Source: an uncultured Candidatus Binatia bacterium (GTDB lineage: Bacteria > Desulfobacterota > Binatia > UBA9968 > JAJDTQ01). From it: DNA of 64,000 bases. A program made the position numbers and the translations under genes. The stretch's first letter is position 1. Each line of letters starts with the position of its first letter. The notes beneath the pieces were generated by a model. It was not told where the DNA came from. It ran no database searches and saw only the letters and a program-made list of their open reading frames with translations. Positions 51,040 through 61,122 of this stretch are shown one piece after another. Location of the stretch: assembly GCA_965215605.1 (NCBI GenBank), contig OZ244070.1:3360001-3424000 (forward strand), written 5' to 3'.

Positions 51040-52080
51040 GTGGACCCGGAGTTGACCGTGCTCCACGTCCCGCCCGTCTCCCGTGCCCTCGATCCCGCGA
51101 TTCAGCGGGCCATCGACGCCAAGACCAAGCCCTTGGGGGCTCTCGGCGTGGTGGAGACCGCGGCCATGCAGATAGCCCGCATCCAGAACACCCTGATGCC
51201 GAGGCTCCGGAGTTGCCGGTTGACCCTCTTCGCCGGCGATCACGGCATCACGGAGGAAAACGTCTCCGCCTACCCCCAGGCCGTGACCCGGCAGATGGTG
51301 GGCAATTTTCTTGCCGGCGGGGCCGCCGCCAACGTGTTCGCCCGGACCAACGGGGTGGATCTCCAGGTGGTGGACGCGGGCGTGGCCGGCGATCCATTGG
51401 AAGCGCCGGGTTTGGTCTCGCGGCGCATGGCGGCCGGCACGCGCAACTCCGCGGCGGAGCCGGCCATGACGGCCGCGCAGTGCGAAGCCGCCTTGCGGGC
51501 CGGGGAGGCTCTGGGCGCCGCGGTGGGCGCCGACGCAGCGGCCTTCGGGGAGATGGGCATCGGCAACACCTCCTCGGCCACGCTGGTGGCCCACAAGCTG
51601 ACGGGCGCCGGGTTGGACGCCCTGGTCGGGCGGGGCGCCGGGCTGGACGAGGCGGGCGTGGCCCGGAAGCGCGCGACTCTGGAACGCGCGGCCGGTCGCA
51701 CCGCGGCCCGCCTCGACGCCGTCGACGCATTGCGGCAGTACGGCGGCTTCGAGATGGTGATGATGGCGGGCGCCATGGCGGGCGCCGCCCGGACCGGGGC
51801 GGTGGTGCTGGTGGACGGCTTCATCGCCGGCGTCGCCGCGCTGGCGGCGGTACGGATGGCGCCGGCGCTGCGGGACTTTCTGGTCTTCGCTCACCGGTCC
51901 GCCGAGCACGGGCACGGAGTGGTGCTGGCGGCCCTTGACGCGCGCCCGCTGCTGGACCTGGACATGCGCCTCGGGGAGGGCACCGGCGCGCTGCTGGCCT
52001 GGCCCGTGCTCCGGTGCGCGGCCGCCATGCTGTCGGAGATGGCGAGCTTCGAAAGCGCGGGCGTGAGCGGACCGGCGTGA
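51040..52080 (+). CDS. cobT: Nicotinate-nucleotide-DMB phosphoribosyltransferase
   Basis: KTKPLGALG, FAGDHG, GEMGIGNT and MRLGEGTGA motifs. Confidence 0.95.
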   Translation: MDPELTVLHVPPVSRALDPAIQRAIDAKTKPLGALGVVETAAMQIARIQNTLMPRLRSCRLTLFAGDHGITEENVSAYPQAVTRQMVGNFLAGGAAANVFARTNGVDLQVVDAGVAGDPLEAPGLVSRRMAAGTRNSAAEPAMTAAQCEAALRAGEALGAAVGADAAAFGEMGIGNTSSATLVAHKLTGAGLDALVGRGAGLDEAGVARKRATLERAAGRTAARLDAVDALRQYGGFEMVMMAGAMAGAARTGAVVLVDGFIAGVAALAAVRMAPALRDFLVFAHRSAEHGHGVVLAALDARPLLDLDMRLGEGTGALLAWPVLRCAAAMLSEMASFESAGVSGPA

Positions 52081-52847
52081 TGGGCCGGGCGCGCGAAGAG
52101 CTCGCGGTATTCCTCCTGGCGGTGCAGTTCCTGACGCGCTGCCCGATCTCGTCCCCGGACCTTTACAGCGAGGCGCGTCTCACCGATGCGACGCGTTACT
52201 ATCCGCTGGTGGGACTCCTTCTGGGCGGGGCGGTGGGAGGGGCGTTCTGGCTCGCACACTTGGTGTTTCCCGTGACCCTGGCGGTGGTGCTGGCCACCGC
52301 CGTGTCGCTGCTGGCCACCGGCGCCTTTCACGAGGACGGGTTCGCCGACGCCTGTGACGGACTCGGCGGGGGCGCGGGCCGTGAGCAAGCCCTGGAGATC
52401 ATGCGTGACAGCCGGCTGGGCGCCTATGGCGCGGCAGGCCTTGGACTGATGCTGGCGGCGAAGGTGCTGGCCCTGGCGGCGGCGCCGGCAGGCGTCATAC
52501 CCTGGCTCCTGGTGGCCGCCCATGCGGCCAGCCGCGCCTCCGCGGTGCTGGCCGCCGCCCGCGGCAACTACGTCCGGGAGGCCGGCACGGCCTCGCCGGT
52601 GGCGGCGGGGGTGGCGCCCGGCGGGCTGGCGCTGGCCCTGGGCATCGGGGCGGCGGCCGTGGGCGGGTTGTGGCTCGCAAGCTCGACGGCGGCGGCGGTC
52701 GCGGCGCTTGCGGGACTCGCCGCCGGCCATTTCGTGATGCGCGCTTTGTACGAACGCAGACTCGGCGGTTATACCGGAGACTGTCTCGGAGCGGTGCAGC
52801 AAACCAGCGAGATCGGCCTTTACCTCGGCGCCGTGGCGGTGCTCTGA
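52080..52847 (+). CDS. cobS: Adenosylcobinamide-GDP ribazoletransferase
   Basis: FLTR, HEDGFAD, IMRDSR.G and GGYTGDCLGA motifs. Confidence 0.93.
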   Translation: MGRAREELAVFLLAVQFLTRCPISSPDLYSEARLTDATRYYPLVGLLLGGAVGGAFWLAHLVFPVTLAVVLATAVSLLATGAFHEDGFADACDGLGGGAGREQALEIMRDSRLGAYGAAGLGLMLAAKVLALAAAPAGVIPWLLVAAHAASRASAVLAAARGNYVREAGTASPVAAGVAPGGLALALGIGAAAVGGLWLASSTAAAVAALAGLAAGHFVMRALYERRLGGYTGDCLGAVQQTSEIGLYLGAVAVL

Positions 52848-52898
52848 CCGGTCCGCTGTAATCGTGTCCATCCGGGCGAAGAGGGTCGTTCCAACACC

Positions 52899-53471
52899 AT
52901 GCGCTTGTTCCTGATTCGCCATACACGGCCCGCGGCCCCGGACGGGGTCTGCTACGGCGTCACGGACGTGGATGTGGCGCCGACGTTCGGCCGGGACGCG
53001 GCGCGCGTGATCGCGACACTGCCCGTGGTGGAGCGGTTGGTGACCAGCCCGTTGCGCCGCTGCCTGCGGCTGGCGGAGCGGATCGGCGTCGCCCGCGGTC
53101 TTGGGCCGGTGGTGGACGAGCGGCTTCGGGAGATGGATTTCGGCCGCTGGCAGGGTATGGCGTGGGGCGCCATCGACAGGGCGGAGTTGGACGCATGGGC
53201 CGCGGAGTTCCTGGACGCCCGGCCCCATGGCGGCGAGAGCGTCCGGATGGTGTACGAGCGGGTGGGCGCGGCGCTGACAGATTACGCGGATGGCGGCGTG
53301 CCGTATGCGTTGGTAACCCATGCCGGCGTCATCAAGGCCGCCCGCGCCCGGGCCGGTCACGCGGAGGCGTGGACGAGCCGCGTCGACTACGGCGGCCGGA
53401 TTTGTATCGAGCCGCCCTGGGCGGAGGCCGGAGCGGTTTCCGGGCCGGACGAGGCGAAGCCGTGGGGGTGA
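52899..53471 (+). CDS. cobC: Alpha-ribazole phosphatase (histidine phosphatase)
   Basis: LIRH, SPLRRC, EMDFG.W and THAG motifs; cob context. Confidence 0.8.
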   Translation: MRLFLIRHTRPAAPDGVCYGVTDVDVAPTFGRDAARVIATLPVVERLVTSPLRRCLRLAERIGVARGLGPVVDERLREMDFGRWQGMAWGAIDRAELDAWAAEFLDARPHGGESVRMVYERVGAALTDYADGGVPYALVTHAGVIKAARARAGHAEAWTSRVDYGGRICIEPPWAEAGAVSGPDEAKPWG

Positions 53472-54466
53472 TGTCCGTTCAACCCACGCACGGCGGCGAT
53501 CTCTCGGCCGCCCGGCGGACGTTCGGCGAGCCGCCCTCGGGGTGGCTCGATCTCTCCACCGGGATCAACCCCTGGCCGTATCCCCATGGAGCCATCGCTC
53601 CGGAGACGCTCACCCGCCTGCCGCAGCAAGACGCCATGGAGGCGCTGCTGGAGGCGGCACGGCGCGCCTACGGCATTCCGACGGTCAACGGGTTGGCTGC
53701 GGCTCCGGGAAGTCAGGCGCTGTTCCAACTCCTGCCCACCATGCGGCCTCCGTCCAGGGTCGCGGTGGCGGCGCCCACCTACGAGGAACATGCGGTCGCG
53801 TGGCGCCGCCTTGGCCACCAGGTGGACGAGGTCGGCGCCCTTGAAGCGTGTCGCGATGCCGACGTCGCGGTGGTGGTCAACCCGAACAATCCCGACGGCC
53901 GCGTGACGGACCGGGGCGTGCTGTCCGAGGCTGCCGCGGTACTGGCTGGACGGGGCGGGTGGCTCGTGGTGGACGAAACCTTCGCGGACGTCGCCCCCGA
54001 GGTGAGCCTCGCGCCGTCGCCGGACCTTCCCAACACGTTGATCATGCGCTCCTTTGGCAAGTTCTTCGGCCTGCCCGGCTTGCGGCTCGGCTTCGTCGCC
54101 GGCCCGTCCGGGTTGGTGGACGCTCTGGCACGCCGGCTGGGGCCGTGGGCCGTCTCCGGACCCGCCATGGACATCGGCAGGCGGGCGCTGGCCGATACCG
54201 ATTGGATCGTCGAGACCCGCGCCCGGTTGGAGGCCATGCGGCGTGACCTCGATGCCGTGCTCGCGGAAGCCGGCCTGACGGTCCTGGGCGGCACCGCCCT
54301 GTTCCGGCTGGTGGAGACGCGGGCGGCCCACGACCTGTATCGCTGCCTTGGTGAAGCCGGGATCCTGGTTCGTTGTTTCGAGCACCATCCACGGTGGCTC
54401 CGAGTGGGCCTGCCGCCTTCGCGGCACGCCCTGCATCGGCTCTCGGCGGCTTTGAAGGCGGCGTAG
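53471..54466 (+). CDS. cobD: L-threonine-O-3-phosphate decarboxylase
   Basis: HGGD, DLSTGINP, NPNNPDG and RSFGKFFGL.GLRLG motifs. Confidence 0.9.
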   Translation: MSVQPTHGGDLSAARRTFGEPPSGWLDLSTGINPWPYPHGAIAPETLTRLPQQDAMEALLEAARRAYGIPTVNGLAAAPGSQALFQLLPTMRPPSRVAVAAPTYEEHAVAWRRLGHQVDEVGALEACRDADVAVVVNPNNPDGRVTDRGVLSEAAAVLAGRGGWLVVDETFADVAPEVSLAPSPDLPNTLIMRSFGKFFGLPGLRLGFVAGPSGLVDALARRLGPWAVSGPAMDIGRRALADTDWIVETRARLEAMRRDLDAVLAEAGLTVLGGTALFRLVETRAAHDLYRCLGEAGILVRCFEHHPRWLRVGLPPSRHALHRLSAALKAA

Positions 54467-54501
54467 CCCTGCTGTCCGGTCCCGCCGTCGTCTGTTGACC
54501 C

Positions 54502-55467
54502 ATGGACCTGTCCGACACCGCATGTCTGATGCTGGCGGCGATGCTGTTCGACGCGGCCATCGGCGATCCGCGCCGGTTTTACCGGATGGTCCCGCACCCC
54601 ACGGTGGTCATGGGTCGCGCGTTGTCGTTCTGCGACGATCGTCTGAATCGATGCGCCTTCGGCGCGAGGGGACGCTGTCTCGCGGGCGCGGCTTCGACGC
54701 TGGCCGTCGTGGCCGCGTTCGGCGCGCTGGGCCTGTTGGCCAGCGTCGGGTTGAGCCGCTGGTGGGGCGGGTTCTGGGTGGAGGCCCTCCTGGTCTCCGC
54801 GCTGATCGCGCAGAACAGCCTCTACCGCCACGTGGCCGACGTTGCGAGGGCCTTGGAGCGTGACGGCCTCGAAGCCGGCAGGGCTGCGGTATCGCACATC
54901 GTCGGGCGTGACCCCGAGTCGCTGGACGCCCACGGCGTGGCCAGGAGCGCCGTCGAATCGCTTGCCGAGAATTTCGGCGACGGGGTGGTGGCGCCGGTCT
55001 TCTGGGGCGCGATCTTCGGCCTCCCGGGCATCGCGGCATACAAGGCCCTCAACACCGCCGACAGCATGATCGGTCATCTCGACCGCCGCCATCGCGACTT
55101 CGGGTGGGCGGCGGCCCGTCTGGACGACCTGACCAACTGGGTGCCCGCCCGGGTCGCCGGTATCCTGCTGGCGGTGTCCGGCATCCAGCGGGGGCGCATG
55201 GCGTATGCGCTGCGGGTCATGTGGCGGGACGGCGGCAGCCACCGCTCGGTCAACGCAGGCCATCCGGAGGGGGCCATGGCCGGCGCGCTGGGCCTCCGTC
55301 TGGCGGGACCGCGGCGGTACCGGGGGGTAGCGGCCGACGAGCCGTGGCTGGGCGAGGGCGCCACGGAGGCCACCGCGGCCGACATCCGGCGGGGACTGCG
55401 CGTCTACCTGGGCGCTTGTCTGCTCCTGGTGGTGCTGGTGGCGGTGCCCTGTGCGCTGGACCTGTAG
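54502..55467 (+). CDS. cbiB: Adenosylcobinamide-phosphate synthase
   Basis: HP, VGRD, ESLAEN..DG, NTADSMIG and ARLDD motifs. Confidence 0.93.
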   Translation: MDLSDTACLMLAAMLFDAAIGDPRRFYRMVPHPTVVMGRALSFCDDRLNRCAFGARGRCLAGAASTLAVVAAFGALGLLASVGLSRWWGGFWVEALLVSALIAQNSLYRHVADVARALERDGLEAGRAAVSHIVGRDPESLDAHGVARSAVESLAENFGDGVVAPVFWGAIFGLPGIAAYKALNTADSMIGHLDRRHRDFGWAAARLDDLTNWVPARVAGILLAVSGIQRGRMAYALRVMWRDGGSHRSVNAGHPEGAMAGALGLRLAGPRRYRGVAADEPWLGEGATEATAADIRRGLRVYLGACLLLVVLVAVPCALDL

Positions 55468-55506
55468 TCTCGGGCCGGTCCGTGTCTTGCCCGGTGGGAG
55501 GCCGGT

Positions 55507-56976
55507 CTACTCGGCCACGGCCAGCAGGCGGTCGATGTCGATGTGCTCCTCGAACGCGTCGGTCACCGCGTCCAGGGCCTCGTCCACGGCGGTTTCGTAG
55601 GCCGGGCCGAAGCCGCCGGTGACCCCCAGCGACCGGAGGAACTCCCGGCGGAACGCGTCTCCGGCCAGCAGTCCGTGGACGTAGCAGCCCATGACCCGCC
55701 CGTCCCGAGAGACGCTGCCCGCATCGTGTCCCGGGCCGTCGGGGGCGAGGAACGGCCGCCCGCCGCCGCCGTTCGTGGTTTCCCCGACGTGCATCTCGTA
55801 ACCCGTGAAGGCCGCGTCGACCGTTTTGCCGGCGCCGCCGATCCGCCGGAGGGTCTTGCCGGCGGTGAGCACGGTTTCGTGGTCCAGAAAGCCCAGCCCC
55901 GGCTCCTCGCCGGGCGGTCCCTCGATGCCTTCGGGATCGGCCACCTTCCGTCCGAGCATCTGGTAGCCGGCGCAGATCCCCAGGACGGCGCCGCCCCGGC
56001 GCCGGTGGGCCTCGATGTCGATGTCCCAGCCCTCGCGCTTGAAGGCGCGCAGGTCGGCGATGGTGGCCTTGGAGCCCGGCAGGATGACGAGGTCGGCATC
56101 GCCGGGCAGCGGCCGGCCGGCCGGCACCATGCCCAGACGCACGGCCGGCTCGGCCATCAGCGGATCGAAGTCGTCGAAGTTGGCGATGTGCGGGAGCCGG
56201 GGAACGGCGATGCGGAAGTCGCCCGCGCCCGATGCCGGCCGGCGGTTGTCGAGTGACAGGGCATCCTCCTGCGGCAGGCGCAGGGCGGCGGCGAGATAGG
56301 GGATGACGCCGAAGGACCGCAGGCCGGTGCGGGCCGTGATGGCGCGCAGGCCGTCCGCGAACAGCCCGGCGTCGCCCCGGAACCGGTTGATCAGGTAGCC
56401 CCGCAGCAGCCCGCGCTCGTGGTCGGGCAACAGTTCCCAGGTGCCCACCAGGTTTGCGATGACGCCGCCCCGGTCGATGTCGGCCACCACCACCACGGGC
56501 ACCCGGGCAGCGACGGCGAAGCCCATGTTGGCGATGTCGTGGGCGCGCAGGTTGATCTCGGCGGCGCTGCCGGCGCCCTCCACCAGGACGAAGTCCGCCG
56601 CGGCCCGCAGACGCTCGAAGCTCTCCAGCACCGCCGGCATCAGTTCGTGCTTCACGTCCTGGAAGTCCTGTGCTTCGTAGTTGCCGCGGACCCTGCCGTG
56701 GACCACCACCTGGGCTCCGACGTCGGACTGGGGCTTGAGCAGGACCGGGTTCATGTCCACCGAGGGCGGCACCCCGCAGGCTCGGGCCTGCAATGCCTGC
56801 GCCCGGCCGATCTCGCCGCCGTCGGGCGTCACGGCGGCGTTGTTGGACATGTTCTGGGGCTTGAACGGTCGTACCGTGTGGCCGCGGCGCGCCAGCAGGC
56901 GGCAAAGGCCGGCGGTCACCAGCGACTTGCCGGCGTCCGAGGCCGTCCCCTGGAACATGAGCGCCCGGGCGCTCAT
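55507..56976 (-). CDS. cobQ: Cobyric acid synthase
   Basis: QGTASDAGKS, FKPQNMSNN, EGAGS, GICAGYQMLG and YVHG motifs. Confidence 0.95.
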   Translation of the reverse strand: MSARALMFQGTASDAGKSLVTAGLCRLLARRGHTVRPFKPQNMSNNAAVTPDGGEIGRAQALQARACGVPPSVDMNPVLLKPQSDVGAQVVVHGRVRGNYEAQDFQDVKHELMPAVLESFERLRAAADFVLVEGAGSAAEINLRAHDIANMGFAVAARVPVVVVADIDRGGVIANLVGTWELLPDHERGLLRGYLINRFRGDAGLFADGLRAITARTGLRSFGVIPYLAAALRLPQEDALSLDNRRPASGAGDFRIAVPRLPHIANFDDFDPLMAEPAVRLGMVPAGRPLPGDADLVILPGSKATIADLRAFKREGWDIDIEAHRRRGGAVLGICAGYQMLGRKVADPEGIEGPPGEEPGLGFLDHETVLTAGKTLRRIGGAGKTVDAAFTGYEMHVGETTNGGGGRPFLAPDGPGHDAGSVSRDGRVMGCYVHGLLAGDAFRREFLRSLGVTGGFGPAYETAVDEALDAVTDAFEEHIDIDRLLAVAE

Positions 56977-57515
56977 GAGTCCGGGTCCGTTCCCTTGAGG
57001 GTCATGGGGATGCCGGCCGCCACGAAGCAGACGCGGCTCGCGGCCCGGGCCACGGCTTGGTTCAGCCGTCCGGCGTGGTCCCGGAAGGCCCGCGCCATGG
57101 CGTTGTCCGGGACGATCCCGAGGCCCACTTCGTTGGCCACCAGCACCACTGGCCCCGCGGCCGCGGCGAGGGATTCCAGCAGCGCGTTGCGGGCGGCGTC
57201 GATGTCGTGGCCGTGATGCATGAGATTGCCGAGCCAGACCGTGAGGCAGTCCACCAGGAGGCACGTTCCGGGCTCGCTCTCCCGCCGTACCGCGGCTGCC
57301 AGCTCGACGGGTTCCTCCACGGTGCGCCAGTCCGCGCCGCGCCGCGCCCGGTGCAGCGCGATGCGCTCCGCCATCTCGTCGTCGGTGACGATGGCGGTGG
57401 CCAGGTAGACACGTTGACCCCAGCCCTCCGCCAGCCCCTCGGCGAAGGCGCTCTTGCCCGCCCGGGCGCCGCCCAGCACGAGGATGACATCGGAGCATGG
57501 TGGAAGTGTGCTCAT
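56973..57515 (-). CDS. cobU: Adenosylcobinamide kinase/phosphate guanylyltransferase
   Basis: GGARAGKS, YLATA, DCLT.W and NEVG.G motifs. Confidence 0.93.
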   Translation of the reverse strand: MSTLPPCSDVILVLGGARAGKSAFAEGLAEGWGQRVYLATAIVTDDEMAERIALHRARRGADWRTVEEPVELAAAVRRESEPGTCLLVDCLTVWLGNLMHHGHDIDAARNALLESLAAAAGPVVLVANEVGLGIVPDNAMARAFRDHAGRLNQAVARAASRVCFVAAGIPMTLKGTDPDS

Positions 57516-57659
57516 GGATCTGTTGCCCGGGTCGAGAGGTCGCGAGCCGCGGGAGACGAAACCAGCGGGTACTCGTCCGGCATGAGGACCAGCATCCTAC
57601 ACGGGTGAGCGCCAAAAAAAAATGTGTACATCCCAAGCCCGCATGGTCGCCACCGCCTT

Positions 57660-57688
57660 TGGACCCCGGGTCAAGCCCGGGGCGGCGG
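57660..57688. repeat. REP-like palindromic element
   Basis: TGGACCCCGGGTCAAGCCCGGGGCGGCGG; 25/29 identical to 61163-61191. Confidence 0.7.
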
Positions 57689-57721
57689 AAAGGGCGCCCG
57701 GGGTGATTCGCGGCCGCTTGC

Positions 57722-57750
57722 TTGACACCCCCACGCCGTTTCCGTATTGC
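57722..57750 (+). promoter_or_regulatory. Putative sigma70 promoter of the hydratase operon
   Basis: TTGACA-17nt-TATTGC followed by RBS GGAGG. Confidence 0.5.
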
Positions 57751-57770
57751 TGAAAACCACGGAGGACGCC

Positions 57771-58079
57771 ATGCGCAGCACCCATGACATGGGCGGGGAC
57801 CCCGCGGCGGGGGCCATCGACCGCTCGCAGCACCAGTTGGACGACTGGGAGATTCTTGCCGACGCCCTGAACCAGGTGGCGGGGGTCAAGGGCATCAAGC
57901 GCACCGACGAGACCCGGCGGGCGCGCGAGGAGATGGATTCGGAGGCGTATCTGTCCCTCAGCTACTACGAGCGCTGGATTGCCAGCCTGGAGACGATTCT
58001 GGTGGAGAAGGGTTTCATGACCCGCGAAGAGATCGACCGGAAGGTGGCGGAGCTCGAAGAGAAGTGGGGCGAGCCGTGA
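57771..58079 (+). CDS. Nitrile hydratase beta N-terminal half (thiocyanate hydrolase beta-like)
   Basis: HDMGG, DWE, DETRRARE, YLSLSYYERW and LVEKG motifs; separate 102-aa gene. Confidence 0.85.
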   Translation: MRSTHDMGGDPAAGAIDRSQHQLDDWEILADALNQVAGVKGIKRTDETRRAREEMDSEAYLSLSYYERWIASLETILVEKGFMTREEIDRKVAELEEKWGEP

Positions 58080-58381
58080 GCGGCGGGGAGGGTTTCCGGG
58101 ACGGTGAGGCGGTCCGGGTGAAGTCTCACTTCAAGCCGGGCCACGTGCGCACGCCGTTCTACATCAAGGGCAGGACTGGGTGGGTGGAGCGCTGCTACGG
58201 CGAGTTCCGCAACCCGGAATCCCTGGGACACGGCGGCGACGGCCTGCCACGGGTGCGGCTCTACCTGGTGGGGTTCCGTCAGAAGGACGTGTGGGAGGGT
58301 TATGACGCCGCCAGCCAGGACAAGGTTTTCGTCGACATCTTCGAGCACTGGCTCGAGCCCGCCGCGCAAGCGGGTCCATGA
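58076..58381 (+). CDS. Nitrile hydratase beta C-terminal SH3-like half (thiocyanate hydrolase alpha-like)
   Basis: GHVRTP.YIKG, LY.V.F, DIFEHWLEP motifs; GTGA overlap with the upstream gene. Confidence 0.85.
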   Translation: MSGGEGFRDGEAVRVKSHFKPGHVRTPFYIKGRTGWVERCYGEFRNPESLGHGGDGLPRVRLYLVGFRQKDVWEGYDAASQDKVFVDIFEHWLEPAAQAGP

Positions 58382-59031
58382 GTTCGGGGGAGGAAGAAAT
58401 GGCACACGAGCACGGTCTCGGAGAAGAACACGAGGCGGGCCCCAGGCATGAGTTGAGCCACTGGGCCAAGCGGGCGTACGCCGTGCGCGACATCCTCGTC
58501 GAGAAGGGCGTGGTGACCGAGGAGGACATTCGGCAGCAGGCGGAGCTCACCGAGTCCAGGACGCCGGCCAACGGCGCCAAGCTGGTGGCCCTTGCCTGGA
58601 CCGACCCTGCCTTCAAGGCGCGGCTCGTGGCCGACTCGAAGAAGGTCTGCGCGGAAATGGGCATCGACGCCACCACCCTCAACGAGTTCGTGATCCTGGA
58701 GAACACGGAACGTGTGCGCCACATGGTGGTGTGCACCCTGTGCTCGTGCTACCCGCGTCCGATCCTCGGACGGCCGCCGGATTGGTACAAGAGCTTCAAT
58801 TACCGCAAGCGCGCGGTGAACGATCCGCGAGGGGTCATGCGGGAGTTCGGCCTGGAATTGCCCGAAGACGTGGAGGTGAGGGTACACGACAGCACCGCGG
58901 ACATGCGCTACCTGGTGATCCCAGCGCGCCCGGCGGGCACCGAGGACCTGAGCGTCGAAGAGCTGGAGAAGCTGGTGACCCGCGACAGCATGATCGGGGT
59001 GATGGACGCCTTGCCCGCCGTTCCGGAATGA
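58378..59031 (+). CDS. Co-type nitrile hydratase alpha / thiocyanate hydrolase gamma-like subunit
   Basis: Metal site VCTLCSCYPRPILG; AWTDPAFK and VTRDSMIG motifs; His-rich N-terminus (start may be 58399). Confidence 0.92.
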   Translation: MSSGEEEMAHEHGLGEEHEAGPRHELSHWAKRAYAVRDILVEKGVVTEEDIRQQAELTESRTPANGAKLVALAWTDPAFKARLVADSKKVCAEMGIDATTLNEFVILENTERVRHMVVCTLCSCYPRPILGRPPDWYKSFNYRKRAVNDPRGVMREFGLELPEDVEVRVHDSTADMRYLVIPARPAGTEDLSVEELEKLVTRDSMIGVMDALPAVPE

Positions 59032-59040
59032 GGGGCCGTC

Positions 59041-60216
59041 ATGTTCCATGTTGACCTGTCACCGTTCGGGGTGGACGTCGAGCGCCTCAAGACCGACCGT
59101 CTGAGCCGCCTGCAGGGCATCATGCGCGCCCGTGGCCTGAGCGCGCTGCTGCTGACCGACCCGCTCGACATCCGCTATGCCACCAACACGGTGTTGTGGC
59201 TCAATCTGCGCGCCACCGGAGTGCAGCGCTTCGCGCTGGTGCCGGCCGAAGGCGAGCCGGTGGTGTACGAGCGCCTGATGGGCAGCGAGCGCGCCGCCGG
59301 GCTCAAGAAGGGGGGTTCGATTCAGGGCTTCGGGGCCTACATGTTCGGCATGCGTCCGCCGGTGGCCACCGAGCATTTCGTCGACCTGGTGGCGGAAGGG
59401 TTGGCGGAGATGGGTCTCGGCGGGGAGCGTATCGGCATCGACGCGCTGTGTCTGACCGCGGTGGACCTCCTTCGGAACAAGGGCGTCGAGGTCGTGGACG
59501 GGCTTCCGGCGCTGGGCGAGTCGCGCGTGGTCAAGACCCGGGACGAGGTGGAGCTCATCCGCTGGACGAGCCGCGCCAAGGAGGGCGGCTACGACCTCGT
59601 GCGGGAGGCCATCCGCAAGCCGCCGGTGGTGGAAGAGCGGTTGAGCCGCATGATGCTGGAGTACCTGCTGGAGCGGGGTTTCGAGGCCGGCAGCGAGTTC
59701 ATCTCCATCTTCGATTCCTCACAGATCGCCATCCGGCCGCATCGCGAGCCCATGGGCATGGACATGGTGATGACCGAGGGAGACCTGGTCATCTGTGACG
59801 CCACGGTGTCCGGCCCCGGGGGCTACTACAGCGACTTCGCCCGGACCTTCTGTCACGGCACTCCCTCCCAGGCCGACAAGGACCGTTACGCCGAGGCCTA
59901 CGCCACGCTGCAGGAAGCGATGGGTTACGTCCGGCCCGGCCCGTGCACCGCGCTGTTCGAGCGCTTCGGCAAGGACTCGCCCTCCCGCCTGCCGGGACTG
60001 GACGGCTTCCACGGCGTCGGCATGTGCATCTACGAGGCGCCGTGGCTCAGAGGCTACGATCCGCGGGAGTACGAGCTTTCGCTGGAAGAAAACATGATCA
60101 TCGCGCTGGAGATCAACCACCACCCGGTGAAGCTCGAGCACCTGCTCCGGATCACCGCCGACGGGGCGGAGATCCTTTCGACCTACCCGATGGAGCCGGA
60201 GCTGGCCCCGGCCTAG
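59041..60216 (+). CDS. M24 family metallopeptidase/amidohydrolase
   Basis: Creatinase-like N-domain (DIRYAT); metal ligands in CDAT, SDFART, FHGVG, ALEI and LEH. Confidence 0.85.
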   Translation: MFHVDLSPFGVDVERLKTDRLSRLQGIMRARGLSALLLTDPLDIRYATNTVLWLNLRATGVQRFALVPAEGEPVVYERLMGSERAAGLKKGGSIQGFGAYMFGMRPPVATEHFVDLVAEGLAEMGLGGERIGIDALCLTAVDLLRNKGVEVVDGLPALGESRVVKTRDEVELIRWTSRAKEGGYDLVREAIRKPPVVEERLSRMMLEYLLERGFEAGSEFISIFDSSQIAIRPHREPMGMDMVMTEGDLVICDATVSGPGGYYSDFARTFCHGTPSQADKDRYAEAYATLQEAMGYVRPGPCTALFERFGKDSPSRLPGLDGFHGVGMCIYEAPWLRGYDPREYELSLEENMIIALEINHHPVKLEHLLRITADGAEILSTYPMEPELAPA

Positions 60217-61106
60217 GCGGGCGCCAGCATCTTCTCCACGAAGAACTCCGCCGCCCGGTAGGAGCTTCGCACCATGGGGCCGGCGGCCACGTAGCGGAAG
60301 CCCAGCCCCATACCCTGTTTTTCATAGTCCCGGAAGCGGTCCGGGTGCAGGTATTCGGCCACCGCGACGTGCTTCTTCGTGGGCCGGAGGTACTGGCCCA
60401 AGGTGAGGATGTCCACGTCCCGGGCCCGCAGGTCCCGCATGGCTTCCAGGACCTCTCCAGCCTTTTCTCCCAGACCCAGCAGGATCGCGCTCTTGGTGTA
60501 GACCCGGGGGTTCAGGCTCTTGACGCGGGCCAGCACGTCCAGGGTCTGCTCGTAGCCGCACCGCGCGTCGCGGGCGTAGCGGGTGAGGCGTCGGACGGTT
60601 TCGATGTTCTGGCCGATGACTTGCGGGGCGGCGTCGACGATTGTGCGGAGCGCGGCCAAGTCGCCGCGAAAATCCGGGATCAGCGCCTCGATGATCAGGT
60701 CCGGGCAGCGCCGGCGGGTCTCACGGATGGTGTCGGCGAAGGTCCCCGCGCCGCCGTCCTCCAGGTCGTCCCGGTCTACGGAGGTGATGACCACGTAGCG
60801 GAGGTTCATCCGCGCCAGCGCCTCGGCCACGCGTCCGGGCTCGTCCGGATCGACCGGAACGCCGGCCTTGGCGGTCTTGACGGCGCAGAACCGGCACCCG
60901 CGGGTGCACACGTCCCCCAGGATCATGATGGTGGCGGTGCCGGACTGCCAGCACTCGGCCAGGTTGGGGCAGCGGGCCTCCTCGCATACCGTGTGCAGCT
61001 TCAGCCCGCGGAAGCTTTCCTTGAGGCGGTTGTAGGCGGCGCCGGAAGGCAGCCGGACCTTGAGCCACGGCGGTTTGTGTCCTGGCTGCGGGCGTGGGTC
61101 GGTCAT
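60213..61106 (-). CDS. lipA: Lipoyl synthase
   Basis: [27 protein letters not shown] and RSSY motifs. Confidence 0.96.
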   Translation of the reverse strand: MTDPRPQPGHKPPWLKVRLPSGAAYNRLKESFRGLKLHTVCEEARCPNLAECWQSGTATIMILGDVCTRGCRFCAVKTAKAGVPVDPDEPGRVAEALARMNLRYVVITSVDRDDLEDGGAGTFADTIRETRRRCPDLIIEALIPDFRGDLAALRTIVDAAPQVIGQNIETVRRLTRYARDARCGYEQTLDVLARVKSLNPRVYTKSAILLGLGEKAGEVLEAMRDLRARDVDILTLGQYLRPTKKHVAVAEYLHPDRFRDYEKQGMGLGFRYVAAGPMVRSSYRAAEFFVEKMLAPA

Positions 61107-61122
61107 CAATTTCCAGACTAAC

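Noticed and set aside
57516-57660. Additional cobalamin riboswitch upstream of cobU (also checked upstream of btuF)
   Set aside because: No B12-box or GCCACTG/GGGAAG core found.
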